A stretch of DNA of 25,676 nucleotides from a virus (lineage: Duplodnaviria > Caudoviricetes), in IMG/VR virus record IMGVR_UViG_3300037851_000561, positions 1-25,676 of that record. One strand, given 5' to 3'. This document shows positions 7,229 through 17,098 of the stretch, piece after piece. Numbering within the stretch: position 1 is the stretch's first letter; every line of letters starts with the position of its first letter. The notes below the pieces were generated by a model. That model had not been told where the DNA came from, did no database searches, and saw only the letters and a program-made list of their open reading frames with translations. The position numbers and the translations under genes are program-made.

Positions 7229-7558
7229 TTAGGCTTGGGGGTGGGGGGTGAGGTAGGCCTGGACGTCCGCCCAGGGGGCGCGGTGGAAGCCCTTGAGCTC
7301 CAGGAAGTGGCGCCAGTGGGAATGGATGCGGTGCCAATCGAAGCGTCGGCCGTCCAGCTCCCGCTTCGCCTCCTCGAGGGTGAGGTCGGGGATGTGGAGG
7401 ACGCTGGTCCGCTGCAGGATGACGGGGAGACTGGGGGGCACGTCCGGGGAGACGCAGGACTCGATCCGGCCGAAGCCGTAGTCCAGGTGCACCTCCACGT
7501 AGACGCCATGATGGCCTTCACGCCGGAACCAGGTGGCGGGGTTGTACCATTTCCTCAT
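7229..7558 (-). CDS. Hypothetical His/Trp-rich protein following the holin-like genes (109 aa)
   Basis: ATGA overlap with 7555..7731; fits operon packing. Confidence 0.7.
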   Translation of the reverse strand: MRKWYNPATWFRREGHHGVYVEVHLDYGFGRIESCVSPDVPPSLPVILQRTSVLHIPDLTLEEAKRELDGRRFDWHRIHSHWRHFLELKGFHRAPWADVQAYLTPHPQA

Positions 7559-7731
7559 TGCGGCCCCACCTTCTTATCGGCCTTGGCTCCCTGGGCGTGC
7601 CCGAGGGCGCCGGTGGCTAGGGAGGCCCCGAGGGAGATGAGGGCGGTTGCGGTGGCCGCGGCGGGCACGAAGGCGCCGCCCAAGGCGACGCCGGCGCCGA
7701 TGGCGATGATGGTGACGTGCTTCCAGTTCAT
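7555..7731 (-). CDS. Putative holin, two hydrophobic segments (58 aa; not in ORF track)
   Basis: Hand translation MNWKHVTIIAIGAGVALGGAFVPAAATATALISLGASLATGALGHAQGAKADKKVGPQ; ATGA overlaps at both ends; basic C-terminus. Confidence 0.65.
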   Translation of the reverse strand: MNWKHVTIIAIGAGVALGGAFVPAAATATALISLGASLATGALGHAQGAKADKKVGPQ

Positions 7732-8000
7732 GGGGCCCCTTTCGTGAAGTACCAGACGATGAAGGCTTGGGCGAGGGTGGCCACGGTTGCGATGCCGGCA
7801 ACGCGGATCGCGATCTGGTTCACCATGCGCTCGAGGCGGAGAGTCTCCTCCCGGCCCAACTGGATGGCGGCCCAGAGATCCCGGCGGTCCTGCTTGGCGG
7901 TGTCGATGGCCTCGCCATGCCGGGCCACGGTGCCAGAGAGGTCGTTGAGCCGGCTTCCAAGCCCGTTCAGCTCGTCGCGGGTGGCCAAGAGATCACTCAT
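7728..8000 (-). CDS. Coiled-coil protein with C-terminal TM helix (XhlA/holin-like architecture)
   Basis: Heptad N-terminus followed by IAIRVAGIATVATLAQAFIVWYF; ATG 8000 overlaps the tailspike stop. Confidence 0.7.
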   Translation of the reverse strand: MSDLLATRDELNGLGSRLNDLSGTVARHGEAIDTAKQDRRDLWAAIQLGREETLRLERMVNQIAIRVAGIATVATLAQAFIVWYFTKGAP

Positions 8001-10786
8001 CGGATGCACCTCACCGAAAGGGTCCCCGAGGCGATGTTGAGTGCACCGCCGGTCTTGTTCATCAGGGTCACGCGCACGGTGTCGGCCGCCTGGACGTGAG
8101 CCGAGATTAGCACGTTGTTCGCGCCGATTTGGTCATGGGAGGCCACCACCTTGTCCGTGGTGAGCGCGCCGGGCACGGCGATGGTCGTGGAGACCGCGTC
8201 CCCGTCCGCGGCCAGGTTGGCAGGGTCCCAAGTGGCGGTGGCCGTGAGGTAGGGGACGGATCCACCATAGGAGAGGATCATGAGGCTCGAGCACTCCCAG
8301 ACCCCGTCCTCCACCGCGTCGAACTGGATGAAGCCGCGCTCGGTGCTCGAGGCGGCCCGGACGTCCGCCGCCGTGGCGCCGGTGTCGTGCCGGTAGAGGC
8401 TTCCGGTGCTGGGTTGGACAATCAAGGTCGCCGACCCGCGCTTCCACACGCGGATGCCCATCATACCCTTCTTCGCCGGCGGCAGGGTGATGGTGTTTCC
8501 CCCGGCCCCGGCCACGCCGAGTACGTTGGTGAAGGAGCGGCCGTTGGCGAGGGTGGCGGGGCCGGAGGTATCATCCTCGGTGGTCATGTAGAGGTTATGG
8601 AAGTACTTGAGGACCGTGTCCTTGTCGGCGTCCGAAAAGGACGAGAACCGCGCGACCTGGGCGTCCGCGTTCCCACTGTAGTCGGTCGGATGGAGCCACT
8701 TGGAACCCCAGTCGATGAAGACGGGGTAGTCGTTGGTGGCGCCGGTGTCGGGGATGAGGAAGTCCTCGGCGAAGACCCCCTCCATGATGACATTCATGTT
8801 GCCATTAAAGCGCATCGGAGCGGGCCGCCAGGTCAGGGTATGGCCCGCGGCGCTGCCAAGGCCGGACAGGTTGATTGCGCTTCCACCCAGGGAGCTTCGG
8901 AGCTTGATAGTGTTGGCGTCCACCTTCTCCACCCAGTACTTCTGTCCGTGGACAAGGGCGCCAATGACCGTGCCGGCGCCTTTGTCGTAGATCGCGATGT
9001 CGTCGGTCACGAAGGGGTGACTCGGGAGGGAGATGGTATCCGAGGCCACGCTTACGATGGAGGCGCTGGACCCGTCAAAGGTTTGGGTGGCCTTGGACCC
9101 GGGAAGGAATGTCCCACCGATGATCTTGAGCACCCGCGAGCTCAGTTGGTCGCCGCTCGCAATATAGACCGGCCGGCCGAGGAGCCCCTCGGCATGGCAG
9201 GAATCCAAGGTGACCGAGGAGGTCATCGAGTTGATGAACCAGCCGTTCCGCGCATTCCCGAGGGCGTAGCACATCACGAAGCGGTAGGTGCCGGCCAGGA
9301 GGTAATATGCCGTATCGCCCGAGGCCTCGCAGTGGTCGAACTTCCCGTAAGTGTTTGCGCCCACGCACTCCACGCCGCGGGTTGTGGGGCTGGCATCGAT
9401 GGAAAGCTGGGGCGATGTTTCGATCGCCCGGAAGAAGGAGTTGGTGAAGGTGAACAGATCCGTCTGGCTGCTGCCGGCGGTATCCTCACCGATCCGGGCG
9501 CCCTTCTTGGCCACGACGCTGGTTGCCGAGTTGAGATTGGCGAAGCCGTCGAAGCGGCAGCCCACCGAGCGGTACCGGTTGCCCGTCGTGATCCCGCCGC
9601 CGGTGTAGGCGTTGAGGCCCGAGAACCAGAGGGCATACTCGGCCTTGTCATTCTGGTCGATGCCGAGGCCGTTGAAGCGGCTGAAGGAGCAGCCCAAAAT
9701 CCGGAAGATGGCATTGGCGTAGCCGGTGATATTCGCGCCTTCATACTTGAAGGGGTAATAGCTGTACCCTGAGGAGGTGTCGCCGGCTCCGCCGAAGTCG
9801 ATGGTGACGCCCTGCTTGTCTGCGATTTCGATGACGCTCTCTAGCCTGTAGTAGGACGGCGCGCGCGGGAGGCGCAGCCGGCCGTTCGGACCCAGAGCCG
9901 CCACGGCGGCGCGGATGGCTGGGGCGTCGTCGTTCGTGCCGTTGCCACGCGCACCCCACCATTGCGGATTGAGCCAGACGTCGGCGCCTGACTGGAAAAT
10001 CGCCGTGACCGAGCCGGCGAAGTGCTGGCAGGAGGCGCCCTGGAAGTCGTAGAAGGTGACGTTGGCTGATACCGCCGAGGTGAAGCGGGCCATGGACTCC
10101 ATGACCACCCGAACCCGGCTGGTGGCGTCCCCGAAGGTGATGGCGCCGGTCAGCAGGTAGGTCCCGCGGGGGATGAGCAGGTCCCCGCCCCCGGCGTTCA
10201 GCAGGTAGGCCGCCGCAGCCGCGACTGCGATCTGGTCGGAGGAAACCCCGTTGCCGGTGGCGCCGTACCACTTCACGTTGACCGCGCCTGAATATTGCCG
10301 GACCCAGCGGCCCAGGGCGGGCGCGCTCCCGGGTCGGATGATGATGCCGTTGTCGTCCGAGGTCCCGAGGGCCGCCTCCCAGCGGAAGAGTCCGCCGCCC
10401 CCGTCCCCGGCGGTGGTATGGCCCGCCAGCTGGACATAGGCTGCTGCGCCGGCGGCAAGCGCTCGGAGAGCGGCGATGGTGGTGACCCCGAGGATCGAGT
10501 CCTCCCCGGCCATGCCTTTCACGTAGTCGACGGGCCCCCAGACCGTGACGCCGGCGGCGGTCTTGAGCTCGAGCTTGTAATCGCCCTCGCCCAGCCAGAC
10601 GTCCGCATAGCCGGCCGCATCCAGGACCACAGGGTTGGCATTCGCCACCGCGCCGGTCGAGTCGGTATAGGTCGCCTTGGGCGTGGTGGTGCCGGCGGCA
10701 TAGGAGTAGAGTAGGCCGCCGGCGAGGGGGGCGGTGCCGTTGGCGTCCCACCAGCGGGGACGGACGAAGGGGGTGAGCTTGGCCAT
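7997..10786 (-). CDS. Tailspike / right-handed beta-helix depolymerase (929 aa)
   Basis: N-terminal particle-binding motif PLAGGLLYSYAAGTTTP...NPVVLDAAG; GDGGGGLFRW; pectate-lyase-3-type starts VNVKWYGATGNG and LNPQWWGARGNG; C-terminal WDPANLAA...SGTLSV domain. Confidence 0.9.
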   Translation of the reverse strand: MAKLTPFVRPRWWDANGTAPLAGGLLYSYAAGTTTPKATYTDSTGAVANANPVVLDAAGYADVWLGEGDYKLELKTAAGVTVWGPVDYVKGMAGEDSILGVTTIAALRALAAGAAAYVQLAGHTTAGDGGGGLFRWEAALGTSDDNGIIIRPGSAPALGRWVRQYSGAVNVKWYGATGNGVSSDQIAVAAAAAYLLNAGGGDLLIPRGTYLLTGAITFGDATSRVRVVMESMARFTSAVSANVTFYDFQGASCQHFAGSVTAIFQSGADVWLNPQWWGARGNGTNDDAPAIRAAVAALGPNGRLRLPRAPSYYRLESVIEIADKQGVTIDFGGAGDTSSGYSYYPFKYEGANITGYANAIFRILGCSFSRFNGLGIDQNDKAEYALWFSGLNAYTGGGITTGNRYRSVGCRFDGFANLNSATSVVAKKGARIGEDTAGSSQTDLFTFTNSFFRAIETSPQLSIDASPTTRGVECVGANTYGKFDHCEASGDTAYYLLAGTYRFVMCYALGNARNGWFINSMTSSVTLDSCHAEGLLGRPVYIASGDQLSSRVLKIIGGTFLPGSKATQTFDGSSASIVSVASDTISLPSHPFVTDDIAIYDKGAGTVIGALVHGQKYWVEKVDANTIKLRSSLGGSAINLSGLGSAAGHTLTWRPAPMRFNGNMNVIMEGVFAEDFLIPDTGATNDYPVFIDWGSKWLHPTDYSGNADAQVARFSSFSDADKDTVLKYFHNLYMTTEDDTSGPATLANGRSFTNVLGVAGAGGNTITLPPAKKGMMGIRVWKRGSATLIVQPSTGSLYRHDTGATAADVRAASSTERGFIQFDAVEDGVWECSSLMILSYGGSVPYLTATATWDPANLAADGDAVSTTIAVPGALTTDKVVASHDQIGANNVLISAHVQAADTVRVTLMNKTGGALNIASGTLSVRCIR

Positions 10787-10787
10787 G

Positions 10788-12452
10788 TTATCGGGCCTCC
10801 AGGTCCCGCAGGCTGAACCGGCGGGGCTTCTTGGTGTCCTCGCCCTGGGCGATGTCCCGCAGGCGGAAGGGGATGATTTTCGGCAGCTCGCCGGAGGCGG
10901 TAATCGCCTGGGCCTCGGCGGCGGAATAGCCAAGGTCCCGCAAGGTGCGGGAGTACTGGACGGGGTCCGCCGGCGCCGCCAGCCGGTCGAGCTTGTTCGC
11001 GGCCCCGTAGAGGAGCTTGGCGCCGGGCCCCTTGGTCGTGAGGCGGGAGGCGGCGAACATGGCGGCGCCCGCCGGGAGGTTGCCGGTGGCGGTCATGAGC
11101 GACAGCATCCCGGAGAGGTCGATGGGATTGTTCCGCTCCGCGACGATCTTGCGGTGCATGGCAGCGTTTCGGATGGGGATGAGGTCCGAGAGGACCTTGT
11201 TGATGTCTTTCACGCCTGCCGGCGCCGCGTTCTCGATCTCCTCCTTGAGGGTCATGTAGACGACCTGGGCCGCGCGGGACTGGTACCGCTCGGGCTGGGT
11301 GATGGTCTGGCGCGTCTTCGCTGCAGTCTTCTCCCAGGCGCCATGGGTGCCCATCATCTGCTTGAACTTGTGAGCCTGGAGGAGGTCTACCGCGCCGGCA
11401 CTGTTCCCGCCCTCGCGGCTGGACTCGAGCTGGGCCCAGCGCTGGAACCGCTCGAAGATGGGGTCGGCCTGCTCCAGGAGGTCGGCGTCGGCCTCGGCGT
11501 TCAACCGGGCCCGCGCCTTGTGGAGCGCCGCCCCGAGGTCCACCCGGGCGCCGCCATCTTTGCCCTCGCGGATCAGCTGTTGCAGCTTTCCGGCCGCCTC
11601 GTCGATTTGGGTCTGGGCCTTCGTGAGGACCTCGTCGGCGCTGCCCTGGAGGCCATACTTGCCCACGTCCTTGAGGTCGAAGCCGGCATCCCAATCGCCC
11701 GCGCGCGGCTTGAGGACCGTCTGCTGCACGCGCTCTGCGCGGGACCGGACGCCCGGTGCCGCCGCCTGGGCGACCTTCTGGACGGGAACCGTCGCTTTCG
11801 CGGCGAGCTTCCCGACCGCCTTGGGGGCCAGCTTCGCGATTCCTCCCACGATCGCCGTCGGATCCTCCACCACGGAACCGGCCACATATCCCAGGGCGCC
11901 GGCTGCGGCCTTGCTGTAGTCCAGAATTCCGCGTTCGCCGTCCTCGCCCCCGGATAGACTCTCGGCCACCATGTTGGCGGCTCCTTCCCGAAGGGGACGG
12001 GCAAGACCGGTTTGCGGGTCCGCCAAGGCGTCCAGGAAGGGCTTGTCGCCCCCGGTCGCGCCGTCGTAGCCCAGGGAGCCCGCCGTTGCTCCAGCAATGC
12101 GGGTCGGGGCGCTCAATGCGTCTCCCACCCCCGCCACCATGCGTTGTTCAGCCTGCCCCCGTTCCCGGGTAAGCGGCCGGCCGGTGGCCATATCGAAGGT
12201 CCACGGCATGGCGCTCTGCTGAGGGGCGTAGTCCTTATGGGCGCCCGGGAAGAGTGCCGCGAGGCCCCGCTTCGCCCGGTCCAAGAAGTCCACCTTGGTG
12301 GACGGAGGGGACGCGGGCGCCTTCTCCGCCAGGTAAGCGTCCGGGTCGAAGCTTGTAGCTGGGGCGGGGACGGCCGCGCTCTCAGGGGAAGCCGCGGGGT
12401 CGGCTGGGCCCCCGAGCTTCTCAGACAGATACTTGTCCGGGTCAAAGGCCAT
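10788..12452 (-). CDS. Internal virion / DNA ejection protein (554 aa)
   Basis: Starts MAFDPDKYL in a TGATG overlap; repeated FDPDxYL motif; Ala-rich helical; third position in the ejection cluster. Confidence 0.75.
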   Translation of the reverse strand: MAFDPDKYLSEKLGGPADPAASPESAAVPAPATSFDPDAYLAEKAPASPPSTKVDFLDRAKRGLAALFPGAHKDYAPQQSAMPWTFDMATGRPLTRERGQAEQRMVAGVGDALSAPTRIAGATAGSLGYDGATGGDKPFLDALADPQTGLARPLREGAANMVAESLSGGEDGERGILDYSKAAAGALGYVAGSVVEDPTAIVGGIAKLAPKAVGKLAAKATVPVQKVAQAAAPGVRSRAERVQQTVLKPRAGDWDAGFDLKDVGKYGLQGSADEVLTKAQTQIDEAAGKLQQLIREGKDGGARVDLGAALHKARARLNAEADADLLEQADPIFERFQRWAQLESSREGGNSAGAVDLLQAHKFKQMMGTHGAWEKTAAKTRQTITQPERYQSRAAQVVYMTLKEEIENAAPAGVKDINKVLSDLIPIRNAAMHRKIVAERNNPIDLSGMLSLMTATGNLPAGAAMFAASRLTTKGPGAKLLYGAANKLDRLAAPADPVQYSRTLRDLGYSAAEAQAITASGELPKIIPFRLRDIAQGEDTKKPRRFSLRDLEAR

Positions 12453-13756
12453 CAACGGGCTCCGTTTGCCTGCAGGATCTTCTGCGCGCGGGGATCGGCT
12501 GGGTTTTGGCGCGCCCACTCAATGGCGGCAGCATCCTGCGGGTGGGCGCGCGTCGGGGCCGGCCGCGGCTTGAGAAGGTGGTCCACGTGGCCGGTGATGC
12601 GCGCCGGGTCGAACTTCATGCTGCCCGCCTCGGACCGGAAGAGGTCGTAGGTTGGGCGGGCCCGGTCGCGCATGGAGTCGACGAGGACGTTGGCCACGTT
12701 GATGATTTCCTGGCGCTGCGTATCGTTGAACTTGAGGCCGCCGGTGACGGCAGATTGAATACGCGCCACAAGGGCGTCAGTGAGTCCTGCGCCCTCGGCG
12801 GTTCGGGCAAACTCACCAGGCATCACAGCCGAGGCTTCGTCGATGAGCTTGTTGAAGTTCACAGCCAGGACCTGGTCCGAGAACTGGGCCTGCTGCTCGC
12901 CGCGATTCTTGGCGTCCACGTAACGCGACCACAAGGCATTCATCTGGTCGGCCTTGCCCGCCACGACCTTGAGGGCCTTGATCTCCGGCTGGTCGTCAAA
13001 GTCCTTTCGGAGGGAGGTCACGTCCTGGAACTGCTGGCGAGGGGTGTAGATAGTGCCGGGTGGCGGTTGAGGTTTCGTCTTCAGGTTGTTAATGAAGTCC
13101 TCCGCCGGCTTGTATCCGGAGAGGGTCGCTGGGAAGGAGGCGGCAATGCGGTTGATGTCGGCCTGGGCGAGGTCGAACCCCTTGGCCTGCAGCTCCGGGT
13201 CGAGACCCTTCCGCCACTGCTCGAAGGTGGCGCGCTGGGCCTCCTCGAGCTTCTTCTTGTCCGTTGTGACCTTGAGGTCGGCGCGCTTCTCCTGGGAGAG
13301 CCCGAGGTTCACCAAACCCCCAAGGCTCTGGTCGGTGACGTCGAAGTTCTCGAAATCCTTGACGTCCAAACCTTCCCGGCTCAGTTTGGCCATCTCCTCG
13401 TCCATAAAGAAGCGGCGCCGGGTTTCCGGCATGGCAATGGCCCGGGTTGCGACATCGGCCACCGCCCGGTTGCGCGCCTCCACGAAAGCCTCGAAGGCGC
13501 CAAGCTTGGCCTTCTTCTCCTCGAGGGGGCGCAGGCGCTCCTTGGATTCCCGGTCCTTGGCGGCCTCCTGGGTCTTCCCCTCGAGGTCCTTTACTTGGAG
13601 CTCAAGGAGGCGAGATCGGTGGGGGGCCTCCTTCGCCTCAAGATCTGCCAAGCGCGAACGGCGGCGCGCCTCTTTGCCCTGGTCGTAACTATCCACTAGG
13701 TCCATGAGGCGGGGCGCCCGGACGCCGAGCGGGATGGATGGGTCGAGGCGACCCAT
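12452..13756 (-). CDS. Internal virion / DNA ejection protein (434 aa)
   Basis: LDPSIPLGVR N-terminus, helical charged body, FNKLIDEASAVMPGEF motif; follows the gp7-like gene. Confidence 0.75.
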   Translation of the reverse strand: MGRLDPSIPLGVRAPRLMDLVDSYDQGKEARRRSRLADLEAKEAPHRSRLLELQVKDLEGKTQEAAKDRESKERLRPLEEKKAKLGAFEAFVEARNRAVADVATRAIAMPETRRRFFMDEEMAKLSREGLDVKDFENFDVTDQSLGGLVNLGLSQEKRADLKVTTDKKKLEEAQRATFEQWRKGLDPELQAKGFDLAQADINRIAASFPATLSGYKPAEDFINNLKTKPQPPPGTIYTPRQQFQDVTSLRKDFDDQPEIKALKVVAGKADQMNALWSRYVDAKNRGEQQAQFSDQVLAVNFNKLIDEASAVMPGEFARTAEGAGLTDALVARIQSAVTGGLKFNDTQRQEIINVANVLVDSMRDRARPTYDLFRSEAGSMKFDPARITGHVDHLLKPRPAPTRAHPQDAAAIEWARQNPADPRAQKILQANGAR

Positions 13757-14511
13757 TAGCGGGTCCTCCCGTAGGCACTGGCTGCCAGGCCGCCGAGACC
13801 CATGAGGAGGTCGCGGCGGGCGTTGTACGCCCCTGTCCGGCCCGCGGCGCGGGCGTTGGCCTGGTCGAGCTGGAGGTCAGCCAGGGATCCGCCCAGGACC
13901 GCGGCCTGATTCCCGAGCGTGCCGGCGGTCTGGGGGCCGTAGTCGGCAAGGTGCGCGAGGCGGCCGTACCGCGCGCCCATCTCCCCGGATCGGAAGGCGC
14001 GGTTCCGGTCGAACCGGCCATAGGCCCGGTCCGCCTCCTCGGAAGCGAGTCCCTGATTGAAGCGCATCAGGTCCTTCAGGGTGCCACCACCCAGGGAGCG
14101 GCCGTTGGCCGCCGCGCGGCGCATGATGGCTTTCTCGCCCTCTGCCTGGCGGAAGGCGTAGCCGGCGTCGGCCTCGAGGTTGAAGGGCTCGTCGGGGACG
14201 TCATAGGCGCCGCCGGCGACCAGGTCCCGGAGGCGGCCGTAGTCGACGCGGCCACCTTCGAGGTAGGGCTGGTGGTAGCCCTCCGCCTTCCCGTAGAAGT
14301 CGCGGAGGGTGCCGGCGGCCTGGGTGGCCCCTTCCTCTTGCATGCGGGCAGCATCCTCGGCCGCGTCGGCCCCGGAGATGGAGTCCCAGGCGTTTCCAGC
14401 GGTTCGTCGGATCTTCTTCTTCCCGGCCAGGGAGGCCCCGAAGGTGGCCGGCGCAAGGCCGTAGGCGGCGGCGTTGCCTGCGCCATTTTTCAAATCAGTA
14501 AGCCAACCCAT
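13756..14511 (-). CDS. DNA transfer/ejection protein (P22 gp7-like)
   Basis: QPYLEGG and AGYAFRQAEGEKAI.R.AAANG....GGTLKDL motifs; Gly/Ala-rich. Confidence 0.8.
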   Translation of the reverse strand: MGWLTDLKNGAGNAAAYGLAPATFGASLAGKKKIRRTAGNAWDSISGADAAEDAARMQEEGATQAAGTLRDFYGKAEGYHQPYLEGGRVDYGRLRDLVAGGAYDVPDEPFNLEADAGYAFRQAEGEKAIMRRAAANGRSLGGGTLKDLMRFNQGLASEEADRAYGRFDRNRAFRSGEMGARYGRLAHLADYGPQTAGTLGNQAAVLGGSLADLQLDQANARAAGRTGAYNARRDLLMGLGGLAASAYGRTR

Positions 14512-14520
14512 ACTCTTCCC

Positions 14521-14955
14521 CTATCCCGCGACCAGAACCTGGCCGCAAATCGCGATGGTGTTGCCGTTCGCTGCCCACGCCGGCATATAGGCCGTCCGAG
14601 CCCCGGCAGTGATGAGCCCGACACCCAGGGCCGCCCGCGTGCTCGTGTCGATTGCGTGGAGGACCCCGTACCGGTCGGCTTGCGCGGGCAGGTTCGCGAT
14701 CCGGGTGGTCCCGAGGACCGCGGCGGAGGTCCCGCCGGCGGCCGGGGCGACCTGGACCTCAAAGACCAGAAGGTTTCCCACGCGGGCGTAGCGGCCCGAC
14801 TTGGCGACGGTGCCGACCTCGGTGAGGCCGGTGAACTTCGGGCTCCAGGCCTGGTAGACCAGGGCCGCGGACAGGTTGCGCATCCATGCTGCCCAGGTCG
14901 GGGCGAGGAGGCCGAGACCATCAAGCAACTTCTCGCGGAGCGGCGCCGGCGTCAC
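14521..14955 (-). CDS. Small tail-associated protein (144 aa)
   Basis: GTGA overlap with the hub gene; WSPKFTG...GRYARVGNLLVF...NLP motif typical of tail fibre-type domains. Confidence 0.7.
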   Translation of the reverse strand: MTPAPLREKLLDGLGLLAPTWAAWMRNLSAALVYQAWSPKFTGLTEVGTVAKSGRYARVGNLLVFEVQVAPAAGGTSAAVLGTTRIANLPAQADRYGVLHAIDTSTRAALGVGLITAGARTAYMPAWAANGNTIAICGQVLVAG

Positions 14956-16406
14956 CCTTCAACCTCCGCGTCGAGGAAAGCCCCGGAGAGGGCGACCTTC
15001 ACCGGATCGGTCCCGGAAACTTCGAAGACCCAGTCCCGGGCGGTGCCGAGACGATCCCAGCCAATTCGGGTCGTGTACTTGCCCATGGCGCCCATGGACT
15101 TCCAGCGCTCAGCCCCCCACGTATGCCCGCCGTCCTTCGAGGTGCGAAGCATGACCTGCGGGTCCTGGCCCTGACCGGAGGCGAGGCCGACACCCCGCTC
15201 GGCATCCAGCTCGAACCGGTTCACCGTGATGCGCGAGCCCGCGGCGCCGAGGTGCGGGCTGGCGCGCAGCCACTTGATGGGGTCGCCGGCGTCGGTGTAG
15301 GTGGCGAGGTCCCACTCGTAAACTTGGGCGTATAACCCGCCGTAGGCGGTGAGGAGGACGCGGCCCGCCAGGCTTGCGCAGGCGATGGCCAGATGCCGGC
15401 CCAGGGTCCCGTCGACGGGGTTCCGGTACGCGCGCTGGGCCCAGAAGCCGGTCGTGAGGTCGTACACCCAGGTCCGGTTCCCCGTCGGGAAGCTGAGGAC
15501 GTAGAAAGTGTGCCCCTCCTGCTGATAGGTGAACCCGATCGCGTCGGAGCGGTCCGCGAAGGTGGAAAGGTCGGTCTCCACGGCGTGCGTCGAGATGCGC
15601 ACAGCCTGCGCGCCCTGGGAGCGGAGGACTTGGCCGTCGCCCTCCTTGTTCCCACCCAGCCAGAGGGCCGACCCGGCGCCCTTGGCGACGGAATATGGCG
15701 CCGGCGTGCCGATGTCGGCCACCGATCCCGGGACGAGGGCGAAGGGGAAGTCCACATCCCCACTGTGCCAGTAGATCTGGTAGGACGAGGGGCCGAAGAC
15801 CCAGAGCTGATCCCCGACCTTAAGGAGGGCTGTCACGATGTCGGGGGAGCCCTCCGCCTCCTCGAACTCTGTGGCGTCCCAGGGGGTGATGCCGTTCCAG
15901 TGGAGCGGGGAGACGCGCCAGCGCGAGGTGCCGCGGTCGTTCACCGCGAAGTAGCCGCCCAGCCAGGCGACGTGCGTCGCGCCTGTGGTGAGGGCCGCGT
16001 CGGTGACCTTCGCGAAGGTGTTGGTCTGGAGATTGAAGGTGTAGTAGTAGAGCCCGTCGACGATGAATAGCACGGTCCCGTTGTCGGCCATGCCGAGGTT
16101 GCCGGTGGACGTGCTCAGGGTCCCGCGGAAAACCTGCCCGCCTGGGGTCACCTCGTAAAGGCTGTTGCCGGCCACCTGGAATAGGCGCCCGGTGTCGGTC
16201 GGGTACAGGCCGAGTGGACGATTTTGTAGCACAACCTCGCTCACCCCACCGTAGGTCTTCATCCCCGGGGTCCTAAGGAGCGTGTAGCTCGCCTTCGCCC
16301 CGGGCGTCTCGATGCGCTCGGGGTAGAGGTTGATGAGCCGCTCCGCGGCTACGTTGATGGCGCGGTGCTGGTAGGCGGGCCCGACGAATCCAGGGAAGGG
16401 CTTCAT
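14952..16406 (-). CDS. Packaged-DNA stabilisation / tail hub protein (P22 gp10-like, 484 aa)
   Basis: Starts MKPFPGFVG (ATGA overlap); RLINLYPE, MADNG, YQQEGHTFYVLSFP, SKDGGHTW motifs. Confidence 0.9.
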   Translation of the reverse strand: MKPFPGFVGPAYQHRAINVAAERLINLYPERIETPGAKASYTLLRTPGMKTYGGVSEVVLQNRPLGLYPTDTGRLFQVAGNSLYEVTPGGQVFRGTLSTSTGNLGMADNGTVLFIVDGLYYYTFNLQTNTFAKVTDAALTTGATHVAWLGGYFAVNDRGTSRWRVSPLHWNGITPWDATEFEEAEGSPDIVTALLKVGDQLWVFGPSSYQIYWHSGDVDFPFALVPGSVADIGTPAPYSVAKGAGSALWLGGNKEGDGQVLRSQGAQAVRISTHAVETDLSTFADRSDAIGFTYQQEGHTFYVLSFPTGNRTWVYDLTTGFWAQRAYRNPVDGTLGRHLAIACASLAGRVLLTAYGGLYAQVYEWDLATYTDAGDPIKWLRASPHLGAAGSRITVNRFELDAERGVGLASGQGQDPQVMLRTSKDGGHTWGAERWKSMGAMGKYTTRIGWDRLGTARDWVFEVSGTDPVKVALSGAFLDAEVEG

Positions 16407-17095
16407 GCACCCCCCGAGAGGATGTCGAAGCCCGCGGACCCATAGCCGTCGAGGTCGGACTCGACGAGGGGGATCTGGATGTTCAGGGTCTTGATGCGGT
16501 CCATGGCCATCTCGGCGATGCGCAGCACGGAAGGCCGGATGGGGCGATTCCACTCATCGGCGATGCGCAGGGCCAGCTGGTACCGGAGGAGCTCGTCGTA
16601 GCCCGGGGGGAGGGCGTATTCGGCGGCAAGCGTCATCGCCGTGAACTGCCGCCAGGTCGCGAGACCCAGGGTCCAGGCTGCCGCGTCGACGGGGTAGGCG
16701 TGGAGCGTGGCTAGGGGGTAGGCGGCGTCGAGAAAGATCCACTCCGGGGTGCCGGCGGCCGCCTTGTCGGTGATGCCGCGGTACCGCTCGGAAGCGATCG
16801 GCGTAAGCGGCGAGGCCAGGCCGGCGGCGTCCTTGTGGTAGGCACTCTCAATGCGGGTGGGGCGGGTCGTGTTGAGCTGGCCCCCGCTCCCAATGGTGCG
16901 GGAGGCCTGCCCGGCTGCCCAGGCGAGCTCCTCGGTCTGGAAGTGGAAGACCGCCAGGCGCTCGATGGACCACCCGCCCAGCATGGCGTTGGCCAGGGAA
17001 AGCGCATCGTTCGCCGAGTCCGCGTCCGGGGTTTCCCCCTGGCCGAGGACCTGCGCGAGGCGCATGGCGGCCTTGATGTAATCCAGCCCGGTCAC
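16403..17095 (-). CDS. Head-to-tail adaptor protein (P22 gp4-like position)
   Basis: IKAAMRLAQVLGQGETP...DALSLANAML N-terminus; LPPGYDELLRYQLA C-terminal motif. Confidence 0.8.
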   Translation of the reverse strand: MTGLDYIKAAMRLAQVLGQGETPDADSANDALSLANAMLGGWSIERLAVFHFQTEELAWAAGQASRTIGSGGQLNTTRPTRIESAYHKDAAGLASPLTPIASERYRGITDKAAAGTPEWIFLDAAYPLATLHAYPVDAAAWTLGLATWRQFTAMTLAAEYALPPGYDELLRYQLALRIADEWNRPIRPSVLRIAEMAMDRIKTLNIQIPLVESDLDGYGSAGFDILSGGA

Positions 17096-17098
17096 GGC

